A stretch of 64,000 nucleotides of DNA from a virus: IMG/VR virus record IMGVR_UViG_3300024253_000006; one strand, written 5' to 3'. Shown in pieces: positions 9,430 to 18,029 of the stretch. The stretch's first letter is position 1. Every line of letters begins with the position of its first letter. Both the position numbers and the translations under genes were made by a program. A model generated the notes under the pieces. The model had not been told where the DNA came from and ran no database searches. It worked only from the letters and a program-made list of their open reading frames with translations.

Positions 9430-10347
9430 ATGTACGGTTTATGGCTTCGACTTTATACGGATGTGGTAAATAGCCGCAAAATACAAACCTTGCCGGATTC
9501 AGCCTTCAAATTCTGGGTTAATTTATTGTGCTTGGTGAAAGAAAGTGGATCGGAAGGGCTGATACCATCGATAGATGATATTGCCTTCGGGATGAGAATG
9601 GATTCCGACAATGACAAGTTAAAGAAAAAGAATCAGCTCAGGATAAAAGAACACCTCGACACGCTCAAAAAGCATGAATTGATCGATACCTCTCCGGCGG
9701 GGGACATGATACATGACTGGCTCGACGCCCAACCTAAGTCTGACGATGATCCCACTAATGCCATCCGGCAAAAACGATACCGACAGAACCGTAACGCGTT
9801 ACGTAACGGAGATGGTAACGGCACTGATAACGGAGAGAGTAACGATAGTAACGCGTTACGTAACGAAAGCAGTAACGATACTGATAACGGAGAAGACTTA
9901 CCAACAAGCAATAGAGACGATGCGTTACGTAACGGAGACAGTAACGCGTTACGTAACGCGTCTAGAGAAGAGAAGAGAAGAGAAGAGAAAAGAAAAGAAG
10001 AGAAGAGTGGCGAATCCATCAAACTTGCTACCTTACTTTATTCACTTCACCGAGACCTTATTGATTCCAAGTACAACGTTTCCGAGGTAAGGCTTTCTTC
10101 TTGGGCTGATGAAATCGAAAAATTGCATAGGATAGATGGACGGGACTGGGGGGAGATTGAGAGCGTCGTTACTTGGGTGAAGCATGACAGCTTTTGGGCG
10201 TCAGTTATCCTATCTGGTAAGAAATTGCGCGAGAAGTATCCAACGCTCTTTACTCAGATGAAACGTAAACCATCGGCTCCACGTGGAAATGATGTACCGA
10301 AGGTGCTTAGTCGCAGCGAATCCCTTGGGGATATTAAGGAGATCTAA
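9430..10347 (+). CDS. Phage replication initiator (lambda O / replisome-organiser-like)
   Basis: WLRLYTD..KIQTL..FKFWVNLLCL N-domain, low-complexity centre containing iterons, C-terminal FWASVILSGKKLREKY; upstream of the DnaC-like gene. Confidence 0.85.
   Translation: MYGLWLRLYTDVVNSRKIQTLPDSAFKFWVNLLCLVKESGSEGLIPSIDDIAFGMRMDSDNDKLKKKNQLRIKEHLDTLKKHELIDTSPAGDMIHDWLDAQPKSDDDPTNAIRQKRYRQNRNALRNGDGNGTDNGESNDSNALRNESSNDTDNGEDLPTSNRDDALRNGDSNALRNASREEKRREEKRKEEKSGESIKLATLLYSLHRDLIDSKYNVSEVRLSSWADEIEKLHRIDGRDWGEIESVVTWVKHDSFWASVILSGKKLREKYPTLFTQMKRKPSAPRGNDVPKVLSRSESLGDIKEI
9791..10006. repeat. Putative replication origin: 4 palindromic iterons plus purine tract
   Basis: (GTAAC)GCGTTACGTAACG at 9791, 9848, 9922 (partial) and 9941, followed by an AGAGAAG-type tract at ~9963-10006. 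Confidence 0.75.
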
Positions 10348-11103
10348 ATGTTGGTGACATGTGAAAAACACAACATCCAATATGAAAGCGAAGAGAATGT
10401 AAGCGGGATTACGTTTTATAAGCAATGCCCGAAATGCTTTGAAGAATTCATGCAAAAGCAGGAAGCTGAAAATAGAAAATCTGAAGAAATGAAGCGAATA
10501 AATAATTTCAGGAAAATGAATATCGAGCCTGAATTTTATGAGGCTACACTTGATAATTTTAATGCAAACACGCCCGACCTGAAAAAGGCCGTAGAGGCAA
10601 TTAAAAAGCTACTAAGTGGAGAAATCCAGCAGATTATTATGGTTGGCAGGAATGGCACCGGCAAAACGCATCTAGCTGTCGCTGCAGTGAAAAAGCTGCA
10701 TGGCGCGATTTATTCGATGTACGAAATTATTACGAGAATCAGGGCAACCTATATGCCGCATGCCGAGGAGACCGAATTGGATGTTGTGGATGAGTTGGCG
10801 AGACTCCCATTACTAGCGATCGATGAGCTCGGCAGGACGGGCGGAAGCAACTCTGAAAATAATTGGCTGTCCTACATAATTGACAAGCGACACGTGCGTA
10901 ATCTACCGACCATTATCATCTCGAATAAGCATATTCTCAAAGATTGTCCGGTTGGGGGGTGTCGGGATTGTCTGGAGAATTATATCTCCGAAGATATCAT
11001 GTCACGGCTCATTCAGCGAGGACTTTTGTTGAGATTCAACGGCGAAGATTGGAGAAGGAGAGATGCAAAACAGGAGCGGAAAAGTGAAAAAGGCAGTACG
11101 TGA
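10348..11103 (+). CDS. DnaC/IstB-like ATPase (helicase loader)
   Basis: GRNGTGKTHLA, LLAIDELG, IIDKRH..LPTIIISN. Confidence 0.9.
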   Translation: MLVTCEKHNIQYESEENVSGITFYKQCPKCFEEFMQKQEAENRKSEEMKRINNFRKMNIEPEFYEATLDNFNANTPDLKKAVEAIKKLLSGEIQQIIMVGRNGTGKTHLAVAAVKKLHGAIYSMYEIITRIRATYMPHAEETELDVVDELARLPLLAIDELGRTGGSNSENNWLSYIIDKRHVRNLPTIIISNKHILKDCPVGGCRDCLENYISEDIMSRLIQRGLLLRFNGEDWRRRDAKQERKSEKGST

Positions 11104-11197
11104 ATTTTTAGCTGGAATGATCCTTGTGCCGTTTATTTTGTTTGTAATTTTATATGAATTGTTGATGATTCATAGATAACCATGAAAAGGAGAATAT

Positions 11198-11563
11198 ATG
11201 AATGAATTTAGCGAAGCTCAGATAAGGCAGGAATGTGCAGAGAGCGCAGAAGCGATATTGAGAACATCATTAAAAAAGCTGATTGGTAAAGACTTGAAAA
11301 GAATGCATGGGAATATTGTGGCTGATTTAATAATACAGCACGTAAAAGATGCAATTACTAGAAACAATATAAAATACAAAACACTTGAGTCAGAAGTGGA
11401 GCTAACTGCTGATGCAGAATATGGTTTTATTGCACGGTATAAGTACCTTACCGCAGATGGAGAAACCCCAGACAAAGCCATGCAGGAATTAGCACGGGTT
11501 ATACTGGACGCTTTTAGTACTGATGGAACAGCTGCCTCTACCGGCCCAGAAAATAACAAATAA
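11198..11563 (+). CDS. Hypothetical protein
   Basis: 121 aa, SD AAGGAG. Confidence 0.6.
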   Translation: MNEFSEAQIRQECAESAEAILRTSLKKLIGKDLKRMHGNIVADLIIQHVKDAITRNNIKYKTLESEVELTADAEYGFIARYKYLTADGETPDKAMQELARVILDAFSTDGTAASTGPENNK

Positions 11564-11589
11564 GGGCTGCATTATGGTTAGGAAAGCAT

Positions 11590-12504
11590 ATGAAGAATCG
11601 AGGGGAAGGAGGAGATAAAAATATGAATCAGGATGCGGTGAAGGCGAAACTTTTATCGTTGGAGATCCCGTGTGAAGATTTTGTGGTGATTTTTTCTGGA
11701 AAAAATTCAAAAAAAGTGAACGGAATTTACAAACCAGGAACCAAAACAATCGTCATTCACAATAAAAATTTTGAAAATTCGAACGCACTTATGTATACCG
11801 CATTGCATGAATTCGCTCATCATATTGCATTCACTCGACAACTTGTGAGAGGTCACACAGCACACACAACTGTTTTCTGGGCGATTTTTCATTCATTGAT
11901 TTCTGTTGCGATCGAGAAAAAAATCTATGAAGATCCGTACCTGAGTTATGATGAACTCAAGGCAAAGCGAAAAGAAATTTTGGACATTTTGAAAGAGCAG
12001 GACGAGCTCAATAAAAAACTGGGCGTATCATTCGCGGAAATGGAAAAGCTATCAGCGAAGGAAGGTGCTCGATTTGAGGACTTTTTAGACCGTCATGCAA
12101 GGATGCCCCGAAAGCAAGCTATCAATTTGATCAAAGCGCAACTTGAATTCGATCTCGATGATATTTCTTCAACAGGGTCCCCGTCGTTGATTGATGTAGT
12201 GATAAGCCAAGGCGATGACGTGGCACAGGCTGCCGATATGGCGGCCAAGGGGTGCTCCATTCAGCAAATAAAAGTAGCATGCGGCAAGAAGGGGGGAGTG
12301 ATTGATTTGTTTGCGGATCCCGAGAATATAGAAACACAGGAAGACCGTCTGAGAGAGATGAGAAAAAAGCTCGATGCCAAACTCAGGCGAAAACGCAGAT
12401 GTGAAATACGAATCGGTGAGCTTTCTTCGAACATTCAGGCTATAGAGCATCAGTTGTCTTTTAGTTTTGATGAAGATGCAGACCGCAGGGCTATAGGCGG
12501 ATGA
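11590..12504 (+). CDS. SprT-like zinc metallopeptidase-domain protein
   Basis: YTALHEFAHHI (HExxH) plus downstream GHTAHT; likely start ATG 11623. Confidence 0.65.
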   Translation: MKNRGEGGDKNMNQDAVKAKLLSLEIPCEDFVVIFSGKNSKKVNGIYKPGTKTIVIHNKNFENSNALMYTALHEFAHHIAFTRQLVRGHTAHTTVFWAIFHSLISVAIEKKIYEDPYLSYDELKAKRKEILDILKEQDELNKKLGVSFAEMEKLSAKEGARFEDFLDRHARMPRKQAINLIKAQLEFDLDDISSTGSPSLIDVVISQGDDVAQAADMAAKGCSIQQIKVACGKKGGVIDLFADPENIETQEDRLREMRKKLDAKLRRKRRCEIRIGELSSNIQAIEHQLSFSFDEDADRRAIGG

Positions 12505-13178
12505 AAATGAAAGAACATCCGATAATCTTCAGTGCTCCAATGGTCCGCGCTATTCTTGGTGGCCGAAAGACACAAACAAGGCGGGTGATAAGGGCGCAGC
12601 CGAATGTCGGTCCCGGTGCCGAAGAAATAAATTGGCTTGAAAGCCTTTATGGTCAGCCAGGTGATAGGCTTTGGGTGCGCGAGGGATGGCGCATAGGGGC
12701 TTGGGACGAGGATACTGGCCGTGTCGCTGTCGACTATAGAGCTGATGGATATTGCCGTAGGGAATGGCTTGAGATTGCTAACGACGATAATGGCGAAATT
12801 TTTAATCGCCTGTGGATAGAAAGCACTGATGATGCAGAGAAGGCACTCGGGGTCCAAGAATTTTATCACTGGGAGCCGGGCAAATCTCCTTGCCGCTGGC
12901 GCCCGTCGATTTTCATGCCGCGCTGGGCGGCGCGTATTCTTCTTGAGGTTGCTTCTATAAGAGCTGAAAGACTCCAGGATATAAGCGCGTCTGACTGCCT
13001 TGCCGAGGGAATGGACGGATTGACTACATTGTTCTCCAATTCAGACGAGCCGTGTGATGACAGAGGTATATCCGTACATGAACAATTTTTTGAACTATGG
13101 GATTCTCTCAACGCCCGACGAGGCTATGATTGGCATTCAAGCCCACGGGTTTGTGTGATTGAGTTTAAAATAATTTAG
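12501..13178 (+). CDS. ASCH/PUA-like phage protein
   Basis: PIIFSAPMVRAILGGRKTQTRR, PGDRLWVRE, WRPSIFMPRWAARILLEV..ERLQDIS. Confidence 0.75.
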   Translation: MKMKEHPIIFSAPMVRAILGGRKTQTRRVIRAQPNVGPGAEEINWLESLYGQPGDRLWVREGWRIGAWDEDTGRVAVDYRADGYCRREWLEIANDDNGEIFNRLWIESTDDAEKALGVQEFYHWEPGKSPCRWRPSIFMPRWAARILLEVASIRAERLQDISASDCLAEGMDGLTTLFSNSDEPCDDRGISVHEQFFELWDSLNARRGYDWHSSPRVCVIEFKII

Positions 13179-13367
13179 ATAGAAGAAAAATATGCCAGAT
13201 TATTGAAGCTCTTTCGGCGAACGTTGGACAGGTAGAGTACGCCGAGCGGCGTGCTAAGGAGTTGTTTGATCGTTGGAATGATGCCACCGGGGTGTTTACG
13301 CCAGGGAGTGGCTACTATGAGGAGATGTGTGCCTGAAAGATACTGCAGCGGGCGGGGAGGCTCATTT

Positions 13368-13604
13368 ATGATTGGATATCTTTATTGGGGGATGGCAATT
13401 GGGTGGTTTTTGGGTTTTGTATTTTGCGCATTTATAAGCGGGGGGAGACGGACTGATATGGAAGGTTGGGTTCAGCGGGCAGAACCGTTTCTTCGATATG
13501 ATAGGCGAGCACTAATGATCCGTGAGGGGCGGGGCACATTAACCTCAAAAGAAGCTGAGGATTTAGCTGAGCTCACAGAGTTGCTGGAGGAGATTGAAGG
13601 ATGA
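13368..13604 (+). CDS. Small membrane protein
   Basis: Hydrophobic YLYWGMAIGWFLGFVFCAFI; SD GGAGG before ATG 13368. Confidence 0.45.
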   Translation: MIGYLYWGMAIGWFLGFVFCAFISGGRRTDMEGWVQRAEPFLRYDRRALMIREGRGTLTSKEAEDLAELTELLEEIEG

Positions 13605-13777
13605 AAAGAACATGTAGAAGATGTATGACAACGAAAGCGAGACCGGAAATTGAAATATCCAGGAGCCAGTTTGGGGGGCTTAAAGCAATCTATGATCTCA
13701 AAGGGTTGGGGGCCAATCTTCCGGGGAGTAAATTGACTCCATCAGATTTTGTTATTAAGCAGAGGGAGAAGTTTTAG

Positions 13778-14233
13778 ATGCATAAAATGATACTTGCTAT
13801 CATTTTGTGCTGCCTCTTTCCCGTGCTGATGTATTCTTCATCAAGGCCGCGGGAGGAGAAAAGTCCACCACCCAAGAATAAAACGATCTATGAAATCGCG
13901 GAGGAAATTACTGGGGCACCGGCCCATATTCTGCGCGGAATCGCTATCGCCGAATCGGGGGAGAACGACACCGCGATTGGTGACGATGGGATCAGTAAAG
14001 GAAGGATGCAGCTGAATGAGAATTATCATGCCGAACGTGCAAAAAAATACGGCGAATATAATCCGTTCAACCCTCTGGATTCCGTCGTAATTTCAGGGTA
14101 TATATACATGGATAACCTCAAAAGACTCGGGAATCCAGACCTTGCTATTGCTGCTCATAGGCAAGGTGTCGATGGAGTACGGAAGTATGGCGCTACAAAA
14201 TGGTATATCAATAGGGTGAGGGGTGATCCATGA
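13778..14233 (+). CDS. Lytic transglycosylase (SLT-domain) protein with signal peptide
   Basis: ILRGIAIAESG (catalytic Glu), GRMQL, AIAAH..G; hydrophobic N-terminus. Confidence 0.8.
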   Translation: MHKMILAIILCCLFPVLMYSSSRPREEKSPPPKNKTIYEIAEEITGAPAHILRGIAIAESGENDTAIGDDGISKGRMQLNENYHAERAKKYGEYNPFNPLDSVVISGYIYMDNLKRLGNPDLAIAAHRQGVDGVRKYGATKWYINRVRGDP

Positions 14234-14541
14234 GCCTATTTACACCAAGTGAAGCAGTTATATGTGTCGATGCGGCCGATATCCCTTCCCCACCGTGGAC
14301 ACCGATTCAGGCTGGGCATTTATATGTAATTCGCGCTGTAGATCCAATACCCATACAAGATGGCAATTATGACAAGAATATTCATAAACATGCGCGGCTT
14401 CAGGTTCGGCTATGGGGAGTTTCGAACCCGATTCATCCGATCTTTGGCATTGAAATGGGGTATGCGGAAACTCGATTTGAGCGAATCGAACCCGAAAATG
14501 AAACGGTAACAACTGAAGAAAAAGTGAAGGACTCTGCATGA
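14230..14541 (+). CDS. Hypothetical protein
   Basis: 103 aa, ATGA overlap. Confidence 0.55.
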   Translation: MSLFTPSEAVICVDAADIPSPPWTPIQAGHLYVIRAVDPIPIQDGNYDKNIHKHARLQVRLWGVSNPIHPIFGIEMGYAETRFERIEPENETVTTEEKVKDSA

Positions 14542-14559
14542 TAACCAATCCCAAATAAA

Positions 14560-14934
14560 ATGATGCAAGACTTAATCAAGGAAGGCCAGATGGTGAAAAA
14601 AACAAACCCATCCGAACGTTCGGACAATAACCCTTACAAGAATCGCGTCTATGTCGCAGGGCCTGTGACGGGGAAGCCGGAAGGGAACCGACATGCCTTT
14701 AAGGTTGAAGCAATGCGACTTCGAGCTCTTGGGTATACAGTTTTCATTCCTACGGAGTTCATTTCGCCCGATAGTGGATGGGATGATGCCATGCGTCGAT
14801 GCATTCAAAGACTGGTCCTGGTTAATGATGTTGTATTTCTTCCCGGATGGATATGGTCGCGCGGCGCCAGAAGGGAGTGGATTATTGCGAAGCTTTTGAA
14901 AATAAAAACTCATAGAAGAGGGTGGACCGGATGA
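14560..14934 (+). CDS. DUF4406 / nucleoside 2-deoxyribosyltransferase-like protein
   Basis: VYVAGPVTGKPEGNRHAF, LPGW..SRGARREW..AK. Confidence 0.8.
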   Translation: MMQDLIKEGQMVKKTNPSERSDNNPYKNRVYVAGPVTGKPEGNRHAFKVEAMRLRALGYTVFIPTEFISPDSGWDDAMRRCIQRLVLVNDVVFLPGWIWSRGARREWIIAKLLKIKTHRRGWTG

Positions 14935-15320
14935 GGCTGTATCACTTCACATCGCTGGAGCTTTCTCGGCGGATCGACAAGGAAGGGCTTATTATCGGCG
15001 GAGTCTACATACCTGCCCGTCCGATAGACAGGGTATATCCCGGGTTCATTTGGCTTACGGACGATCCGATATTCAAGGCTCAAAACTGGGCGACAAATCA
15101 TACTGGCCTGGTGGGAAACAGGACCGAAGTACGCTATACTGTCGAAGTAACGGATGCTATCCCATGGAATGAGGCTGCGCAGAAAATATTCAACCTGTCA
15201 CGGACGTTTTTGTTGCAATACAATCTCATGGGAGGATCGGACGGAACGCATTGGTATCTCTACAAAGGCGGAATACCCGTATCGCAGATTATTGAGAAGA
15301 TAGCGCGAGGAACGGAATGA
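14922..15320 (+). CDS. Hypothetical protein, possible ADP-ribosyltransferase-like fold
   Basis: LYHFTS..I.KEGL and FIWLT.DP motifs. Confidence 0.4.
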   Translation: MDRMRLYHFTSLELSRRIDKEGLIIGGVYIPARPIDRVYPGFIWLTDDPIFKAQNWATNHTGLVGNRTEVRYTVEVTDAIPWNEAAQKIFNLSRTFLLQYNLMGGSDGTHWYLYKGGIPVSQIIEKIARGTE

Positions 15321-16027
15321 CGCACACGGAACTATGCCTGGCGACAGCCGAACACTTCCTCAAAGACGCGACGGTGGCCTTGTATGAATATCAATCGTAT
15401 GCCACTGGTGAATTTCCTGATGTTTTTGTGTTTAAGGCCGGGGAAAGCACGCTCTATGAGATCAAGATGAGCCATTCTGATTTTCTGGCTGATTCGCATA
15501 AAGATGCTCGCAAAAAGTGGAAACCTAAAGGATATTTAGATGTCAAACATTTTATAAGACAGCGATCATGTGGGGAAACTTGTCTAAGGTTTCGTAAGAT
15601 TATTACACCAGAATTATGTACACGATGCGGGGAATTCTGTGGGGAAACAAAAAAGTACGATTCAATTAAACATACTCAGGTCAATGCCATTCGTTGTACA
15701 TTTGATGGTGGCGCACGCCTGCGCTGGATACAAGAAAATCCTGAGCTTTATTTTATCGAAAAACCCCACTTAGGGATGAAAAGATATTTTGTATGTGAAA
15801 GCCGGATAATTATGCCGGAAGAGCTCCCTGCGGGCTGGGGACTCTTTTGGTATAGCAGCGGCAGATTCTATCTGAAACAAGAAAGCGGTCGCTTTCGAGC
15901 CAATCTCTACGAGGAACGAAACATTGTAACCCATGCCCTTCGGAGGTGGGCGAGCGGAGACAGAAGTAGAATTATGGTGAATACATATAAAACGGCGCCG
16001 GAAACGCCGGAAGGAGCAGGAGTATGA
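15317..16027 (+). CDS. MmcB-like PD-(D/E)xK nuclease-fold protein with Cys-rich insert
   Basis: EFPDV..YEIKMSHSDFLAD, RYFVC..PEELPAGWGL. Confidence 0.65.
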   Translation: MTHTELCLATAEHFLKDATVALYEYQSYATGEFPDVFVFKAGESTLYEIKMSHSDFLADSHKDARKKWKPKGYLDVKHFIRQRSCGETCLRFRKIITPELCTRCGEFCGETKKYDSIKHTQVNAIRCTFDGGARLRWIQENPELYFIEKPHLGMKRYFVCESRIIMPEELPAGWGLFWYSSGRFYLKQESGRFRANLYEERNIVTHALRRWASGDRSRIMVNTYKTAPETPEGAGV

Positions 16028-16884
16028 AGAAGGCTGTGGTTGATATGGTCGACGGTAGTGGTGCGAAGCAAAAAATGATTCGCATTCCGAAATTCAACTT
16101 GGAGGACGTGGATCCCGCTTTGGGATCTGGTCCGCATCCTGCATTCATCACGAAAAACGGAGTCAGGGACGCAATCTATCTCGGGGCGCACCAGGCGGCT
16201 GTCGTGAATGGCAAGGTAAGAGTCATTTCACAGGTGAAGAATACACAGAATGTCACCTTTGATGAGGCTCGCGCGCTGTGCAGTGCCATGGGTCCCGGCT
16301 GGCACCTGACGAACGCCTGGGAGTGGTCCGCGATGGTGATGTGGATACTGATGCAAGGGAAGAACCCCTTCTCCATCGCATGGTGGGAGTGGACCGACGG
16401 GCTCAAGATCGTCGATGGAAAGCTTTTCTTCCCAGAGAGCAACACTCTCGTGGCAGAAGCGGATTGGCCGGAACATGGTGTATTTTTCGATGTGGATAAC
16501 GAGGAACAGCCACTACTTGCCACGGAAGTGAAAAAGTATCAGGGACCTCTCGGCTCCAATGATTACATGGATTATGCATATCAGAGGTTGTGGGCTTCTC
16601 TCGGAACGACGGAAGGATATGACAACCTACCGGAAGCAACGAAGAAACTCATGATGCAGCTCTTGATCGCTCCCGTAGAAGGATACGCAAAGAAAATCGA
16701 TGCTCCTATATGGGTTCGTAATTATGGCGAGCGTTTTCCGCTCCGCGGTGGCCGCTGGACCTATGGCGCGAGTGCTGGCTTGGCATATCTGATTCTGGAT
16801 CTTCGCCGCGCGCACTCGAACTACTACATCGGGTTCCGTCCCGCTTTTGTTAATGACCATGTAGAGATTAGCTCGGTGGGCTGA
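16024..16884 (+). CDS. DGR target protein 2 (FGE-sulfatase/C-type-lectin fold), remote
   Basis: IPKFNLED..GPHPAF, GWHLTNAWEWSA, RNYGERFPLRGGRW...IGFRPAF; contains VR2. Confidence 0.9.
   Translation: MKKAVVDMVDGSGAKQKMIRIPKFNLEDVDPALGSGPHPAFITKNGVRDAIYLGAHQAAVVNGKVRVISQVKNTQNVTFDEARALCSAMGPGWHLTNAWEWSAMVMWILMQGKNPFSIAWWEWTDGLKIVDGKLFFPESNTLVAEADWPEHGVFFDVDNEEQPLLATEVKKYQGPLGSNDYMDYAYQRLWASLGTTEGYDNLPEATKKLMMQLLIAPVEGYAKKIDAPIWVRNYGERFPLRGGRWTYGASAGLAYLILDLRRAHSNYYIGFRPAFVNDHVEISSVG
16731..16845 (+). repeat. DGR variable repeat VR2
   Basis: Versus TR: 12 mismatches at TR adenines, 1 elsewhere (3' CCT/CCC). Confidence 0.95.
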
Positions 16885-16928
16885 TTATCTGGAGTCTGAG
16901 GTACGACTATTCCGAATAGGGTGAGGAT

Positions 16929-17144
16929 ATGGTACAATATACGGGAACAACAGCGAAATGCCCCAAGTGTGGAAGTATTATTCTGTGGATAGCAACGAAA
17001 GACGGTCCCGTAATGACAGAGCGCGAGGAAATCGAGATTCTGACCGAAACAGGGCGACGTGTGCGAGGGCACAGGGAACATAAGTGCCAGGAGAGTGTCG
17101 ATGGCGGAACCAGCAGCGAAACCGGAATATCATGCGTTTCTTGA
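16929..17144 (+). CDS. Small Zn-ribbon protein
   Basis: CPKC...HKC; SD GAGG. Confidence 0.55.
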   Translation: MVQYTGTTAKCPKCGSIILWIATKDGPVMTEREEIEILTETGRRVRGHREHKCQESVDGGTSSETGISCVS

Positions 17145-17370
17145 TGAGCTGTGCAGGCAGAATGTATATGGCAGCGTGACGTTCTTTTTTAAGAACGGCG
17201 ATATTGTACTCGTGAAAGACCAGCTTGAATACAATACTCGACAGATTCTTGAAGCTTTTTCAGGTTCACATCCGCGCCATATACTTGTGATTCAAAAAAA
17301 GCAAGCCGCTATTTCCGCTACATCGTCTGAGAAAAGCGGTGTGGATAAAGGCGAAAATGAGGGTGAATAA
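17101..17370 (+). CDS. Hypothetical protein (YezD/DUF2292-like motif)
   Basis: VYGSVTFFFKNGDIVLV. Confidence 0.4.
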   Translation: MAEPAAKPEYHAFLDELCRQNVYGSVTFFFKNGDIVLVKDQLEYNTRQILEAFSGSHPRHILVIQKKQAAISATSSEKSGVDKGENEGE

Positions 17371-17438
17371 AATATGCAAAAATACATATATTATGAACCT
17401 ATCAGCTTCGAACACGCCACGCACGCGCGTAGGATATA

Positions 17439-18029
17439 GTGATGGGAGTCTTGGCAATGTCGGCACCGAAAGTTGATACAAACATTAAGAAACTCATCAT
17501 AGAACAAGCAATAGCGGGAAAGACATCATTTCAGATCGCCAAGAAAATATTTGAAACCTACAACGTTGAAATTCCAGCTGCCTCGGTCCGGCGGTATAGG
17601 CTGAAGTATAAAAACAAAATTGTAGAAAAACAGCAAGAGCTGATAAACCAGGCCTATGCTACCGAACCTTTGGCACGCCCGGAATACCGTCTCAAGCTCT
17701 ACCACCAAAACATCAAGCTGGAAATGAGTCGGAAAAACAGAAATGGGAAGCATATCGGGGATGGCGGGGTAATAAATGACGCGCTGCGATATGCCGCCGA
17801 AGACCTTAAAAATCTTGAAATGATCCAGATAAAGGAAAAGGAGCTGGAGCTTCGCAAGGAGCTTGGAAACAAGATCGAGAATGTAGACGAACTCATAATG
17901 ACTGTCGAGAAGAGGATCACGTTTACCCGACAAAGAAGTGTCACCAATGAGTCTATCGCGGAAGGCGTCCAGTGGGCAATCGTAGATGAAGAGAAAGCCC
18001 GGGAGAAGGGGGATGGGCGGAAGGAGTAG
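17439..18029 (+). CDS. Putative terminase small subunit
   Basis: HTH-like N-terminus; directly upstream of TerL. Confidence 0.6.
   Translation: MMGVLAMSAPKVDTNIKKLIIEQAIAGKTSFQIAKKIFETYNVEIPAASVRRYRLKYKNKIVEKQQELINQAYATEPLARPEYRLKLYHQNIKLEMSRKNRNGKHIGDGGVINDALRYAAEDLKNLEMIQIKEKELELRKELGNKIENVDELIMTVEKRITFTRQRSVTNESIAEGVQWAIVDEEKAREKGDGRKE

Noticed and set aside
9791-9960. Possible CRISPR-like array
   Set aside because: Repeats are under 20 bp, irregularly spaced, in frame inside the initiator gene, and no cas genes are present; iterons explain them better.
9633-10090. Alternative-frame and antisense ORFs across the initiator repeats
   Set aside because: Low-complexity products generated by the iterons and purine tract.
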